A DNA stretch of 64,000 nt, taken from NCBI GenBank assembly GCA_022828105.1, contig JAJEJC010000001.1:109471-173470 (forward strand), in the 5' to 3' direction. The translations under genes and the position numbers were made by a program. Positions 63,670 to 64,000 of this stretch are shown in pieces (position 1 is the stretch's first letter; every line of letters begins with the position of its first letter). A model generated the notes under the pieces. That model was not told the origin of the DNA. It searched no databases and saw only the letters and a program-made list of their open reading frames with translations. This DNA comes from Dehalococcoidia bacterium (lineage in GTDB: Bacteria; Chloroflexota; Dehalococcoidia; Bin125).

Positions 63670-64000
63670 ATGGCAGGACGCATCGTTGGCATGATCACCG
63701 TGCTCACGCTACTCGGCGTGATTGCCTCGGCGGCGGTATTGCTGTTTCTGGCGTTCGACGCGGAAGATGAGTCCGGGCAGCGCTCTGCTGAACTGTTTGC
63801 CGAGTCGGTGGCCCGCTCGTTGCTGAATGCGGACATTCGCGGGCTCAGCGATGCGGAAGTCGACGCGTTGATTCGGCTCAACACTGCGAGCGATTTGCAG
63901 GAAGAGGCCGCCAACCTGACCCACATCTGGGTGTTCAACCCGGAGGCGAGGCAGGTTGCGACGTCGGCGGGCACACCAACCGCGCGACGCGCGGAGATTA
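63670..64000 (+). CDS. hypothetical membrane-anchored protein, 3'-truncated by the window end
   Basis: N-terminal TM (IVGMITVLTLLGVIASAAVLLFLAF), after which the window ends. Confidence 0.35.
   Translation, partial: MAGRIVGMITVLTLLGVIASAAVLLFLAFDAEDESGQRSAELFAESVARSLLNADIRGLSDAEVDALIRLNTASDLQEEAANLTHIWVFNPEARQVATSAGTPTARRAEI

Overview
This is a 64-kb window from a high-GC (roughly 65-70%) bacterial chromosome. The first third is housekeeping and the last third looks accessory.

Housekeeping region (about 1.0-19.6 kb, minus strand): rplS and trmD, then a complete division/cell-wall (dcw) cluster in the order mraZ-rsmH-ftsL-ftsI-murF-mraY-murD-ftsW-murG-murC-murB-ddl-ftsQ-ftsA-ftsZ. Neighbouring genes overlap by 4 nt, and murE is missing from the cluster.

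Middle region (plus strand and onward): mogA/moaB, a B12-binding radical-SAM gene, yggS-proC-yggT, recA-recX-rny (RNase Y), a PHP phosphoesterase, fabZ and tRNA-Asp(GTC). After that comes a minus-strand metabolic block: a 1136-aa single-chain biotin carboxylase-BCCP-carboxyltransferase acyl-CoA carboxylase, a tandem double family-III CoA-transferase, a GMC oxidoreductase, two paralogous DHA2 MFS transporters, a DUF35/thiolase-like pair interrupted by a secreted class-A beta-lactamase-like gene, and an AmpC-like serine hydrolase.

Accessory region (44.5-62 kb): it contains the following.
- ParDE and MNT/HEPN toxin-antitoxin pairs.
- An enolase-superfamily enzyme, a ThuA-like protein, an alpha/beta hydrolase and a 583-aa orphan protein.
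- A cytoplasmic DUF1800/DUF1501 pair, an NHL-repeat protein, a vWA lipoprotein with a Q-rich tandem repeat and a MutY-like glycosylase.

Two observations stand out.
- A family of about 60-nt GC-rich REP/MITE-like hairpin elements (core 5'-box GGGGAGCCCCCCTCTG / small variable hairpin / CATCTCCCCCCGC-loop-GCGGGGGGAGA) has at least 12 copies in both orientations. The copies sit in almost every intergenic space between 46.8 and 59.6 kb, plus one copy in-frame inside the CoA-transferase linker. Different copies carry compensatory stem changes.
- A 14-nt homopolymeric G tract splits a secreted Excalibur-DUF1524 (HNH-like) nuclease gene between its signal peptide and its catalytic part. A tract of 13 or 16 G would fuse the two in frame. 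This is a candidate phase-variable contingency locus, or alternatively a homopolymer sequencing error.

No CRISPR array, rRNA, integrase or obvious transposase was seen. Taxonomy cannot be established from this window; the gene content (RNase Y, MraZ, a Cheo-like box at recA) would fit a Chloroflexota/Thermomicrobia-like or other monoderm-type high-GC lineage.

All coordinates follow the supplied ORF track, whose CDS ends include the stop codon. Intergenic element coordinates are accurate to about +/-2 nt.
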